Source: Octopus vulgaris
Taxonomy: Eukaryota
Reading direction: 5' to 3'
Length of the DNA stretch: 64,000 nucleotides
NCBI GenBank assembly: GCA_951406725.2
Contig: OX597824.1
Location: 60,698,001 to 60,762,000 of the forward strand
In this document: positions 63,221 through 64,000 of the stretch, piece after piece
How positions within the stretch are numbered: position 1 is the stretch's first letter
Layout of the letters: every line of letters begins with the position of its first letter
Notes under the pieces: generated by a model
The model's database searches: none
Told to the model about the DNA's origin: nothing
The model's input: only the letters and a program-made list of their open reading frames with translations
Translations under genes and position numbers: made by a program

Positions 63221-64000
63221 CTGAAAGTAAATTAGAAAGTTTTCATGGCTTAATATATTACATTATTGAATTATGTCAGAAATTACATTTTAATTATAAT
63301 GCATTTCTGATAAAAATATAAAACTAAAAATGGGAATATTTGTAAAAAAACAATGCTTTTGTCAAGTTGTAAGAAGGTGGATTGATGACTCATCGTCTGT
63401 TCAGATTTGCCTGATCATGTCTGACCATTGGAACAGTGTATTTCATGGCAGGATGCCCTTTCTGTTACTAACTTTCCCTTCCTGTTTCCAAGCGAATTAA
63501 TAACCTCCCAAGCCTAGTGAACAAATCTCAGACAGTTCAAACATGTTTTATGGAGAGTGGTAGAAATATATGACACTGCATGAATGAGCCATTTGTTTTG
63601 AATGGTGTGCTACATGTGAAGAATTTTCAAAGAGTCTTGACCATGCTTTTGTGGTGGACTGCAAGAAAATCAACCATCAGAATGCTATTCTTTACACATG
63701 CAAACTCACACAGAAACACACACACAACAAGCTTTTTCACTTCCCATCTACCAAATCCACTCACAAGGCTTTGTTCAGCACAAGGTACCCTGCAGTGGGG
63801 TTGAACCCTAAGCCATGCAGTTGGGAAGGAAAGTTCATAACCATGCAGACATGTCTGTGCATGTATAATCCTTTTCTATTATTATTATCTTCTGCAGTAC
63901 CTTCTCCATCATTCCTCGAGTCATTCATGTGCTACACTAAATTATAAAAGACAGTGCAGGAGAACCTGCCATCGTTCTCTTGCAAACCTTTTCTCATGAA

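Overview
AT-rich, microsatellite- and transposon-dense eukaryotic DNA. The repeat families and gene style suggest an octopus or other cephalopod genome (inference only). Most six-frame ORFs are microsatellite or TE noise. The only host coding sequence I found is a chain of short minus-strand GT-AG exons the ORF track misses. Eleven exons (43618 to 17035) assemble in frame into a 313-aa CAP/SCP (CRISP-like) - EGF - ShKT - Ser/Thr stalk - GPI-signal-like module. Four upstream exons (63220 to 58224) encode a paralogous EGF - ShKT - Thr-rich module. The phases allow both modules to be one double-CAP protein. Several unrelated fold-back or tandem, mostly TA-flanked elements carry minimal type I hammerhead ribozyme motifs typical of Penelope-like retroelements: three copies with the full motif intact (two families), one with intact core but a stem I mismatch, and several decayed ones. 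A Penelope RT fragment is also present. Other elements: a Gypsy LTR with a tRNA-Trp PBS, a CR1 LINE nested in a hAT fossil, an RTE LINE with a PHD finger interrupted by a mariner, three Helitrons, Tc1/mariner fossils, R4/Dong-like fragments and at least three SINE families. All coordinates were read by eye; TE boundaries may be off by tens of bases.
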